64,000 nucleotides of DNA from an uncultured Oligoflexales bacterium (GTDB taxonomy: Bacteria; Bdellovibrionota_B; Oligoflexia; Oligoflexales; CAZLMG01), in NCBI GenBank assembly GCA_964560765.1, contig CAZLMG010000012.1:12071-76070 (forward strand). Direction: 5' to 3'. Made by a program: the position numbers and the translations under genes. Of the stretch, positions 1-8,267 are shown in pieces. The notes below the pieces were generated by a model, which worked only from the letters and a program-made list of their open reading frames with translations, was not told where the DNA came from and ran no database searches. Position 1 is the stretch's first letter, and every line of letters starts with the position of its first letter.

Positions 1-702
1 CGCTCCGGAGGCTATAATGGCATTGGCTTTGCCATTCCCTCGAACTTAGTACGCTCAGTCGCCGAGCAATTGATCAATGGCGGAAAGATCGATCGCGGCT
101 ATTTGGGAGTTGGCCTTGGTCGTGGCAGCGACCCAGAGCTCGTACGCGACATGGGCTTGCCAGAAGGTACCGAGGGCGCCTTTGTATCCGCTGTGGAGCC
201 GGACGGTCCTGCGGCCCGCGGCGGTGTCGAAGCCGGCGACTTCATCTACGAGATCGACGGCAAGAAAGTCCGTGACGACGCCGATCTGCGCAATCGTATC
301 GGCTTGATGCAGCCAAAATCAAAGATCGAATTGTCTCTGTATCGCGACGGCAAGTCGCGCAAAGTCAAGGTTACGTTGGATCCATGGCCGGAGAATTTGC
401 AAGCAAGCGCCGACCAACCCGGCGGGCAGGTCCAGGCATTTGGGCTCACGGTCAGCGATGTGAAACCACAATTACAAAAGCAGTACGGTTTTCGCTCCAA
501 GCAAGGTGCGGTCGTGATCAATGTTGCCGAAAATTCCAGTGCTGCCCGTTCGGGCTTGGAGCCCGGTGACGTCATCGTCAAAGCAAACAATCAAGCGGTC
601 AACAACGCCAAGGACTTCAACGCCATTGCGAAACAATCCAAGCGCCTGTATATCCGATTGGAACGAGCCGGTCGTTTCATGTTTATTCCCCTGCGCCAGT
701 GA
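1..702 (+). CDS. HtrA/DegP-family periplasmic serine protease, C-terminal part (5' end outside window)
   Basis: Frame 1 is open from base 1 (RSGGYNGIGFAIPSNLVRSVAEQLINGGKIDRGYLGVGL), which is the end of a trypsin-like domain. Two PDZ-like segments follow (GAFVSAVEPDGPAARGGVEAGDFIYEIDGKKV and GAVVINVAENSSAARSGLEPGDVIVKANNQAV). Confidence 0.85.
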   Translation, partial: RSGGYNGIGFAIPSNLVRSVAEQLINGGKIDRGYLGVGLGRGSDPELVRDMGLPEGTEGAFVSAVEPDGPAARGGVEAGDFIYEIDGKKVRDDADLRNRIGLMQPKSKIELSLYRDGKSRKVKVTLDPWPENLQASADQPGGQVQAFGLTVSDVKPQLQKQYGFRSKQGAVVINVAENSSAARSGLEPGDVIVKANNQAVNNAKDFNAIAKQSKRLYIRLERAGRFMFIPLRQ

Positions 703-717
703 GCAAAATAGTCCGAA

Positions 718-2256
718 ATGAGTCAATTACCTAATCTTGAGCAACGAACAAGCGGCATTCTCCTACACATCACGTCACTTCCCGGGTCGCCTTACAGTGG
801 CGATCTGGGAGATGCCGCCCACGCTTTTTTGGACACTCTGAAAGTAAGCCGGCAGAGCTGGTGGCAAATGCTCCCGATCAATCCGGTCGGCGATGGGGAC
901 TCACCTTATTCAACAGTGAGCTGCCTGGCAGGGGAACCGTTGCTGATTGCTGCGAAGCCTTTGGTCGCCGAGGGTTGGCTGACAAGGGTGCCACGCGCAC
1001 CAAAGGGTTCTGCGGAACGTCGCGCCAACTATGCGGCTTCGCGCCGCTGGCGTCGCGCCTGGCTGCAAGAAGCCTACGAGGGCTTTTTGACGCAAGCGAC
1101 CCGGGAACAAAGGCAAGCGTTTCAGCAATACAATAAATCGCACGACCAGTGGCTGCATGACTTCGCCTTGTTTCAAGTTATTAGCTCGCAACACGGCAAG
1201 GATTGGAGCTTATGGCCCAAGCCCTTGCGCGACCGTGACCCAGCTGCGTTACGGCAAGTGGCGACGCAACAAGCCGCCGCCCTAGGCTTTCAGAAGTTTC
1301 TGCAGTTTGCCTTTGATCGGCAATGGCGCTCTCTGCGTCAGGCCGCCGCCGCTCGCGGCATCGGTCTCATTGGTGATGCCCCCATATTTGTTTCGCTGGG
1401 CAGCGCGGATGTATGGGCCAATCAGAGCCAATTCCTCCTGAACGCACAAAAACGCCCCACACATGTTGCGGGTGTTCCGCCTGACTACTTCAACCGGGAT
1501 GGCCAACTTTGGGGTAATGCCCTGTACGATTGGGACGAAATGCGGCGCACCCGCTTTCGTTGGTGGATTCAGCGCATGCAGCGAATGACGGAATGGTTCG
1601 ACATCATCCGCATCGATCACTTCATTGGCTTTCATCGTTACTGGGCCATTCCTGCCACCGCGAAAACCGCCAAGACCGGAAAGTGGCGTTTAGCGCCAGG
1701 ACACGCGCTTTTTGCAGCGATGCGCCACGCCATGGGCTCCTTGCCATTCATTGCTGAGGATCTCGGGCTTGTCACCCAAGAGGTCTGGGATCTGCGCGAC
1801 GCGTTCCATTTGCCTGGTATGCGCGTGCTGCAATTTGGCTTTGGCAATGATCAGGGTTCAGCCTATCATCGGGCCCACGAATTTACGAAGAATTGCGTCG
1901 TCTACACGGGCACCCATGACAACGACACGACGCTGGGTTGGTACCGAAGCGCACGTCGACAACGATCCGTCAAGAAGCCCTCCTTTGATTGGCAACGTGT
2001 TGCCGCCATTGTTGGTGAGAGGGAGCCCCAGGCGGTCCAAAATCTCATGGAAGTAGGCTTTCAAAGCGTTTCCAACACCATCATCGTACCGGCGCAAGAC
2101 ATCTTAACGTTGGACGGCAAACATCGGATGAATGTACCAGGAACAGCGCGTGGAAATTGGCAATGGCGCCTTCTAGGGACCGATTGGAAGCTAAGCCATT
2201 CAAGGTACTTGGCTCAGATAAGCCGGGCGACCGACCGTTGCGGGAACGTAAATTAG
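718..2256 (+). CDS. malQ: 4-alpha-glucanotransferase (amylomaltase, GH77)
   Basis: 512-aa ORF with a typical MalQ N-terminus (RTSGILLHITSLPGSPYSGDLG) and GH77-like core motifs (IDHFIGFHRYW, FIAEDLG, YTGTHDNDT). Confidence 0.9.
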   Translation: MSQLPNLEQRTSGILLHITSLPGSPYSGDLGDAAHAFLDTLKVSRQSWWQMLPINPVGDGDSPYSTVSCLAGEPLLIAAKPLVAEGWLTRVPRAPKGSAERRANYAASRRWRRAWLQEAYEGFLTQATREQRQAFQQYNKSHDQWLHDFALFQVISSQHGKDWSLWPKPLRDRDPAALRQVATQQAAALGFQKFLQFAFDRQWRSLRQAAAARGIGLIGDAPIFVSLGSADVWANQSQFLLNAQKRPTHVAGVPPDYFNRDGQLWGNALYDWDEMRRTRFRWWIQRMQRMTEWFDIIRIDHFIGFHRYWAIPATAKTAKTGKWRLAPGHALFAAMRHAMGSLPFIAEDLGLVTQEVWDLRDAFHLPGMRVLQFGFGNDQGSAYHRAHEFTKNCVVYTGTHDNDTTLGWYRSARRQRSVKKPSFDWQRVAAIVGEREPQAVQNLMEVGFQSVSNTIIVPAQDILTLDGKHRMNVPGTARGNWQWRLLGTDWKLSHSRYLAQISRATDRCGNVN

Positions 2257-2365
2257 ATCTGCTTTATCCTTTTGTTTTCAATGGTTGCAACTTGCCGCTC
2301 AGGGTCTCGGCCACCCTGCCGAATGTCTCTTAACTCCGGGGTGATTTTATTGAGGAGTCAGAGAG

Positions 2366-3670
2366 ATGGGAGTTCGGAAACCGGCGATGCCAAATATCGA
2401 TTCCGCTTTGATCATGGATCCTTCCGATCTGGGGCAAGCGGCCGCCCGGCATTACTTGCAAGAGTTGGGCGTCACCAACATTTACCTAGCCGATACGCGC
2501 CAAGCTGCTAGCAAGATCTTGCTGGCGCACGAGCTGAAGCTCGTTATCCTGGATTGGGACATTTTGGGTGCGGAAGCACTCGCCAGTTTCAATCGCATCC
2601 GCCGGGATCCCCAACACGCGGCAACTCCGATCATGATCACGAGTCACGAACTGCATCCCAATGACATTCAAATGCTCAGCGAATTTCCCGGCACGTCACT
2701 ACTGCATAAGCCCTATACCGAGCCAATGTTTCTGGAGAAATTTGAGGCGGTCGTTAGCGAGATCGCTGATCTCGATAAACAACGACCAGTCATTGAAGCC
2801 CTGCTTGCATCTGCAGATGACGACCGTACGGACTGTGTGCCGCTAGCGCGCCGCCTCTCGGCGCGACTCAAGAACCCGACTCCTGTATTAGTGCACGCCG
2901 GTCGCCGCCTACGCGAACTTGGCAATTTGCAGGCCGCAAAGCGGGTTCTAGATGCTGGTCTCGAGTCAGACGGATCAAAGCTGCCACTGTACACGGAGTT
3001 GGGCCGGGTACATCTCCTGCTCGGCGAGGACCAAGAGGCCTTGCAGCTGCTGCGTCATGCGCAAAGTTTTGCCAAGGGCAACATCGACCGGGTGCTGATG
3101 TTGGGCGAGTTAGAGCTAAGGCAGAAGAACCCGCGGAAAGCGCGCGCATACTTTGGCGATGCTTTAGCTATCGACGACCAAGACACGAAAGCGCAATGCG
3201 GGCTAAAAGTCGCCGAGCGAATGGAAGAGTATCTGGCGCAGCATGATTTGCGCGACATCCCCAAGTCCTTTGCGGGCATGATGAACGCCATGGCTGTCGC
3301 CCTGGCCCGTACGGAACAGTATAAGGAGGCGGTAGCCCAATATGAAGCTGCTATCAGCTACGCACCGTCAGAACGCGATGCCTGCCGCATTGCCTTCAAC
3401 GTCGGGTTGGCGCACTTGCGTTGGCAAAAAATAGCCGAGGCCAAATCATGGTTCGATCGGGCTCGCGGCGCCAAGGGATCAACCGGCAAGCGGGCTGCGG
3501 AAATTCTCAAGCTCATTGCCGAGGGACGTCGCGATCGTGATGGTCAAAACAAGGCGCAGATTGTGTCCGAAAAGCCATCAGCCGCGGCCACCCTCCCCGA
3601 AACAACCACGCCGGCAGAAGCCGGCGGTGGTGAAGTTGGCGAAACGACTGAAGTCCCGAAAGCTGCCTAG
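2366..3670 (+). CDS. Receiver-like domain fused to TPR repeats
   Basis: The N-terminal ~120 aa resemble a CheY-like receiver (LVILDWDILG, PIMITSH, LHKPY). The usual N-terminal acidic pair reads MDPSD. The C-terminal ~250 aa are TPR-like helical repeats, followed by a Pro/Glu/Thr-rich tail. Confidence 0.6.
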   Translation: MGVRKPAMPNIDSALIMDPSDLGQAAARHYLQELGVTNIYLADTRQAASKILLAHELKLVILDWDILGAEALASFNRIRRDPQHAATPIMITSHELHPNDIQMLSEFPGTSLLHKPYTEPMFLEKFEAVVSEIADLDKQRPVIEALLASADDDRTDCVPLARRLSARLKNPTPVLVHAGRRLRELGNLQAAKRVLDAGLESDGSKLPLYTELGRVHLLLGEDQEALQLLRHAQSFAKGNIDRVLMLGELELRQKNPRKARAYFGDALAIDDQDTKAQCGLKVAERMEEYLAQHDLRDIPKSFAGMMNAMAVALARTEQYKEAVAQYEAAISYAPSERDACRIAFNVGLAHLRWQKIAEAKSWFDRARGAKGSTGKRAAEILKLIAEGRRDRDGQNKAQIVSEKPSAAATLPETTTPAEAGGGEVGETTEVPKAA

Positions 3671-3675
3671 ACTCT

Positions 3676-4848
3676 TTACCGAATCGATAACTCAACGCTG
3701 ATCGGATAGTGGTCGGAAAATCCGGCTTGGTCTGGATTGAGAGTTTGGTGGTTGGCTGGCCAAGGAATCCAAGTCTTGCCATCACCACCATTGGCTACGC
3801 CGATTTTACCAGCAGGTTGCGATACGCTTCGCATAGCATGAATCTTATAAGTATCGATTTGAATCTGCATACCTTTGCCGGCAAGCAAATTTTCATTGAC
3901 CATGATGCGATCAAGGACGTTCCACTCTTGATCCTTGGCATAAAAATAGGTGCCAGGATTTAGAGCCCGCTTTTCGGCCAGCGATACTGATGTGTCGGCT
4001 AAGAACAGCGCATGAACGTCATGTAACGGGTTGGGGCTCTTAGGATGAAACAAAACCGACTCGAGCGGATGTGGATGCTCGTCAGGAATGGTGTTCAGGT
4101 CGCCGCCGGCAACGATCGCCGCTTGTGGGTTACGACGAAGGGTCTCATCGATCACCGCTTGCAAAGCGCGGGCCGCTACCAAGCGATTCGTTGTCGGGTT
4201 GGCTTGCGATGGCCAGTGGTTGACGAAGACACTTAGTTGCTGCTGACCGCCGACCAGGAAGTCCACGCCCAGTAAGTTACGAGTGGCCTTGCCGCCCTGC
4301 TCATTCATGCGCAGCTCGATCTCTTTGTGCCGGACATATTCCAAATTAGGACCCGTCTTGGCCATGATCGCGACGTCGATTCCACGACCGTCCGGACTAT
4401 TCGTTACCCAAAATCGATCGTAACCCAATTCATCAGCCAGCAATGCCACGACGTTTTCGTTTTCAACTTCTTCCAGTCCGAGGATATCCGGCAGAAACTC
4501 AGAGGTGGCACGTACTGCCTTTGCGATCTGGCTTATCTTCACCGCCAAATGAGCGTCCGTCCAATCGGTCGAAAGGCAAGCTTGGCGAAACTTCGGCACC
4601 TTCACCCGCTGGCAGGCTTCGGCCTTGCCGGGAAAACTCTTTGGTAGAAACTCCCAATCTTCTTTGCCGGAATCATGCTCGTTATCAAATAGATTTAAGA
4701 CGTTGTAGTACATAACGCGCATCGTGCTACTGCCAGGCTGCTCCAGCGTAAACTCGCTAGCGAATGCACTTGCGGAGCACAGGCTCCAGACACACAAAAA
4801 CAATCCAGCAATTCGGGATGGAATCGTTGACCGCATGCAGCACCTCAC
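3676..4848 (-). CDS. Secreted endonuclease/exonuclease/phosphatase (EEP) family protein
   Basis: Signal peptide (IAGLFLCVWSLCSASAFA). EEP-like motifs present: MYYNVLNLFD, ILGLEEVEN, FVNHWPS, GGDLN, and a C-terminal SDHYPISVEL. Confidence 0.7.
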   Translation of the reverse strand: MRCCMRSTIPSRIAGLFLCVWSLCSASAFASEFTLEQPGSSTMRVMYYNVLNLFDNEHDSGKEDWEFLPKSFPGKAEACQRVKVPKFRQACLSTDWTDAHLAVKISQIAKAVRATSEFLPDILGLEEVENENVVALLADELGYDRFWVTNSPDGRGIDVAIMAKTGPNLEYVRHKEIELRMNEQGGKATRNLLGVDFLVGGQQQLSVFVNHWPSQANPTTNRLVAARALQAVIDETLRRNPQAAIVAGGDLNTIPDEHPHPLESVLFHPKSPNPLHDVHALFLADTSVSLAEKRALNPGTYFYAKDQEWNVLDRIMVNENLLAGKGMQIQIDTYKIHAMRSVSQPAGKIGVANGGDGKTWIPWPANHQTLNPDQAGFSDHYPISVELSIR

Positions 4849-5038
4849 ATGAGTTTTGGATGAGGCTTTTTAGACCAACCGGCCAGTCAGGGCAAGCAGG
4901 GTTCCGTTAATTGTCGGTAAAGATAGGGATTCCCCTTGTCGTGGCGAATTACCTTGACCATCCCAAAAGCATTCAGCTACACACTGCTCGCCCTTGGCAG
5001 CAACAGTGAAAACAACAATCATTTCCAGGAGATTTCAC

Positions 5039-5407
5039 ATGATTCGGACACTTTTAGCGATCGTCGCACTGTTCATGTCTGGTAGTAGTCTCGCCACCAC
5101 AGATGGCACCACCGATCAATGGCAACAGTTTCGCTGCGGCGACCATTGGCTCAACGTGCAGATTTTGCTCAATGACAGCGACGAGACCGCCATCGTGAGT
5201 TTTGACGGCGACTCAAATCCGAATCGCGACGATGTGGCCGCCAGTGCCGCGATCGACATGGCCAAGGGCAGCATCACGGTCTATTTGCAAGATGAACTCG
5301 GTGGTTCCTTGGTGCTGACGCAAGACAGCGTCAGCCGCGTCTGGACGGCCCAGTTGCAGTGGTCGCTGAATGACGAGCTGAGTTATATGGGTGGAAACTG
5401 TCGCTAA
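5039..5407 (+). CDS. Small secreted hypothetical protein
   Basis: ATG at 5039 is preceded by AGGAGA. It starts with a signal peptide (MIRTLLAIVALFMSGSSLA). No family recognised. Confidence 0.5.
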   Translation: MIRTLLAIVALFMSGSSLATTDGTTDQWQQFRCGDHWLNVQILLNDSDETAIVSFDGDSNPNRDDVAASAAIDMAKGSITVYLQDELGGSLVLTQDSVSRVWTAQLQWSLNDELSYMGGNCR

Positions 5408-5415
5408 GCGAAATG

Positions 5416-6126
5416 TCAGCCTCGCGCACGCAAGGCGATCCAAGTCCAGTTGCGGCCGCCCGTGCGGCCGTCGCGGCGGTAACTGTGCCAGTTCTCGCGC
5501 CCCTCGAATGTGCAAACGCGCCAAACCGCCATGCTGCTAGGCGCGAGGCCACATTGAGTTGCTTGCAAGACTGCAGCCACGGCTAAGTCCGCGAACCAGC
5601 GGTCGCCTGTCCCCTTCGTCAAACACCAGCTAAGATCCTCTCGCAAGTTCATATTTGGCCTGGCAAGTGCGTCCACCACTTCCGGACCAACTTCAAATTT
5701 CCCTGGACCAATCGCGGGCCCAATCAACATCTGCAGCGAAGTCTCGGGAACCCGGCTAGCGAGAATGCGTATCGCCTCGGGCAATATTCCAGCCGTCAAA
5801 CCTCGCCAACCGGCGTGGACGACGGCGGCGACTCGGCCCGCCCGATCCGCTAGCAAGATAGGCAGGCAATCGGCGGTTTTAACACCGATCACGAGATTTG
5901 ATTCCGCAGTCCATAGGCCATCGGCCTCCGGTCGCTGCGTGGATCTCGGCGCGGTTTCCGCCTGGGCGGCGACGACGCGCGTACCATGCACCTGCACGAC
6001 ATGGTGGCAATCGGGGTCTGGCTGCTTCAGGCCCGTGCCCCCCCAAGATGCTCCGGTAAAAAAGGCGTTCAACTCAATTTGATTGCGGGTCCAATGGACG
6101 GCGTCAAGGACGGCACGGGCATTCAC
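5416..6126 (-). CDS. pgeF: YfiH/PgeF family (DUF152) purine nucleoside phosphorylase / peptidoglycan editing factor
   Basis: Carries the family hallmarks TADCLPILL, HAGWRGLTAGI and CTFE...WHSYRRDG. Confidence 0.85.
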   Translation of the reverse strand: MNARAVLDAVHWTRNQIELNAFFTGASWGGTGLKQPDPDCHHVVQVHGTRVVAAQAETAPRSTQRPEADGLWTAESNLVIGVKTADCLPILLADRAGRVAAVVHAGWRGLTAGILPEAIRILASRVPETSLQMLIGPAIGPGKFEVGPEVVDALARPNMNLREDLSWCLTKGTGDRWFADLAVAAVLQATQCGLAPSSMAVWRVCTFEGRENWHSYRRDGRTGGRNWTWIALRARG

Positions 6127-6596
6127 GACAGGGACCGCAACAGCCCATATAGCGCCGTCGTATAAGACTCTATGCCAAGGCCAAAGACGACACCGCGAGC
6201 GTGCGGCGCCAAGTACGACTGCTGTCGAAACTCTTCACGGCGCGCTACGTTCGAAATGTGTACTTCGACAAAGGGCAAGGCTAAGGCAACGAGACGATCA
6301 GCAAGTGCCACCGACGTATGCGTCCAAGCGCCAGCATTTACCAGCGCACCTGTCCAGCCTATGGTCAACTTCTCCAAGAAGGCGGTCTCGCTGTTGGTCT
6401 GAAAAAAGCTGATTTCGCATTCATCCCAGCCGGCCGCCTTAGCAATGGTCTGCGCTTCACGCGTCAGGGTTTTCTCCAAATCCAATAGCGAAAAATTGCC
6501 GTAATGCTGCATTTCGCGCTGGCCGAGCAGATCCAGATTGACACCGTTGGCGATCAATATTTTTGCCGAGCGGGACCGAGTTTTATTTGTACTCAT
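6123..6596 (-). CDS. aroQ: Type II 3-dehydroquinate dehydratase
   Basis: 157 aa with ILIANGVNLDLLGQRE, FFQTNSE and VEVHISNVARREEFR. Its 3' end overlaps the pgeF start by 4 nt. Confidence 0.9.
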   Translation of the reverse strand: MSTNKTRSRSAKILIANGVNLDLLGQREMQHYGNFSLLDLEKTLTREAQTIAKAAGWDECEISFFQTNSETAFLEKLTIGWTGALVNAGAWTHTSVALADRLVALALPFVEVHISNVARREEFRQQSYLAPHARGVVFGLGIESYTTALYGLLRSLS

Positions 6597-6597
6597 G

Positions 6598-7557
6598 TTA
6601 GGATAGTCGCTCCAATATACCGTTCAGATAACGGAGTTGGGTATCGATAATCTCCAGCTGCTCCATTTGATCGACTACCGCTGGATCAACTTCCACGCGT
6701 TCATCTTGCTGTGCTCGTTCTAGACGGGTCAATTCCGCCAATTTCCGTCGCAAAAGATCGTTATTTGGATTCAATCGAACCAAGCGTCGATAGACGCCCA
6801 AGGCTTTACCGTAATGTCCCTGGCGCGCATAAATTTCAGCGAGAGTCGTCGAATCCAATTCGACGGCATCGTCCACTGGTCCACCCGCCGTATCGCGACT
6901 ATCTCGCGGGCGAAACACTTCCCCTAAAGGGACCACGTGAAATCCCGCGACTCGATCCTCCCAGCGCGATGCGGCCGGTGCTTCTTCATCGGCTGGCGCC
7001 TGTGGTTGAGATGCAGAAGGCGCCATGAGGCGTGGCGGCGCGGTCGATGGCGCCAAGGACTCTAAGGGAATTCCTTGCTGCACTAATTCCCGAACCAGCT
7101 CTTCGCGACAGCGATCCAAGCCAGAAATAGCCAATAAATCTGCTAAGCGCTTGGTTTCATTATCCATCATCTTGAATGCGTCCATATGACGCTGCAAGCG
7201 TAATACGGCGGTTTCGTCGCGCAACAGGATGGCCATCTTATACTGCAGTTTTTGAGCTAAGACGTTTTCATCGAGAGAGATGGGGGAATCCTGCAAGCAT
7301 TGCCATGACTCGAGCACCATGCCCTTGCGGAAGAGTTCCCGTGCCAAGACAACGCGCGCCACCGTGAATCGAGGATGACGGTTGACACCCTGCACCAGCA
7401 ACTCAAGGCTTTCATCCACCTTGCGATGAGCTCGCAAAATATCGGCCACCGGCAAGAAAGCACGCCCATCGGGGTCAGCGCGAAAACGCTTCACCACCTC
7501 CCGCTCTGTGCGTGAAAGTGGCAATTTTTCTAGTAATGGCAGCCATGGCTCAATCAT
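6598..7557 (-). CDS. TPR-containing hypothetical protein (start uncertain)
   Basis: The ORF is open to a TTG at 7650. The first ATG (7557) avoids overlap with the upstream lipoprotein gene but has no clear RBS. There are TPR-like helices at both ends (for example LAEIYARQGHYGKALGVYRRLVRLNPNN) and a Pro/Ala-rich centre. Confidence 0.55.
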   Translation of the reverse strand: MIEPWLPLLEKLPLSRTEREVVKRFRADPDGRAFLPVADILRAHRKVDESLELLVQGVNRHPRFTVARVVLARELFRKGMVLESWQCLQDSPISLDENVLAQKLQYKMAILLRDETAVLRLQRHMDAFKMMDNETKRLADLLAISGLDRCREELVRELVQQGIPLESLAPSTAPPRLMAPSASQPQAPADEEAPAASRWEDRVAGFHVVPLGEVFRPRDSRDTAGGPVDDAVELDSTTLAEIYARQGHYGKALGVYRRLVRLNPNNDLLRRKLAELTRLERAQQDERVEVDPAVVDQMEQLEIIDTQLRYLNGILERLS

Positions 7558-7606
7558 GAGGAGAATGTACCGTGAAAAAACGGCGGTTGAAAGGGCTCTG
7601 TTGCCG

Positions 7607-8206
7607 TCACGGCGTCGCTGTCTCTTCTTCAGTTTCGTTGTCGAGCGCAATATTTACCAGATTCGCATCGTCCGGGAAGAGGCCGCCTGAATGGATGGAA
7701 ACGGTCACATTGTTGGTCGCTCCCTCAATGCAAACCGGCTGGACTTCAAGGCTCACGACACCGCATGAATCCGAACACCACTCAGCACTGGGCGTCTTAA
7801 CCCCGGCGTAGCGGTAGGGCACAATCGTAGAACCACTCTTAAACTCATCCGCTGTCGCGGCCTCGTCCATAACCCCCCGGATTAATGGCTCAATACTGAT
7901 ATTGCGGACAGGAATCTCGCGAGCTTTGGAGCCGTTTCCTGTGCCCAGATCGGCCTCCTTGATCACCATGAACTGAACCAGAATCGGACCGCCGATCGAG
8001 CGCGTTCCGGTAAATCCGCCGAGGCAGGTGAGATTAACGTCAGGGGTCACCTTTTTGATTTTAAACTGCGACGAGCCAATCTTGGCGTCAGCACAGCTGA
8101 TTTCGCATAATCCACCCGCACCGTCGGGCTCCGCTGAGCAGCCACTGATTCCCGCCGCTAACGCGAGAACTCCGGTTAACATCCATGGACAGGTTGACCC
8201 TTTCAT
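7607..8206 (-). CDS. Cys-rich lipoprotein, unknown function, immediately downstream of pilQ
   Basis: Lipobox (LALAAGISGC). The mature protein has several cysteines and an acidic tail. It lies 61 nt after the pilQ stop on the same strand. Confidence 0.6.
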   Translation of the reverse strand: MKGSTCPWMLTGVLALAAGISGCSAEPDGAGGLCEISCADAKIGSSQFKIKKVTPDVNLTCLGGFTGTRSIGGPILVQFMVIKEADLGTGNGSKAREIPVRNISIEPLIRGVMDEAATADEFKSGSTIVPYRYAGVKTPSAEWCSDSCGVVSLEVQPVCIEGATNNVTVSIHSGGLFPDDANLVNIALDNETEEETATP

Positions 8207-8267
8207 CCCGCTCCTCCGCGCTTCTGACTAAGAAGCCTGATCGATTGGCAACATGAGTGGCTCAGGT

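Noticed and set aside
2282-2295. Sigma-54-like string TGGTTGCAACTTGC upstream of the receiver-TPR gene.
   Set aside because: GG and GC are 9 nt apart rather than the required 10, and the -24 element is imperfect.
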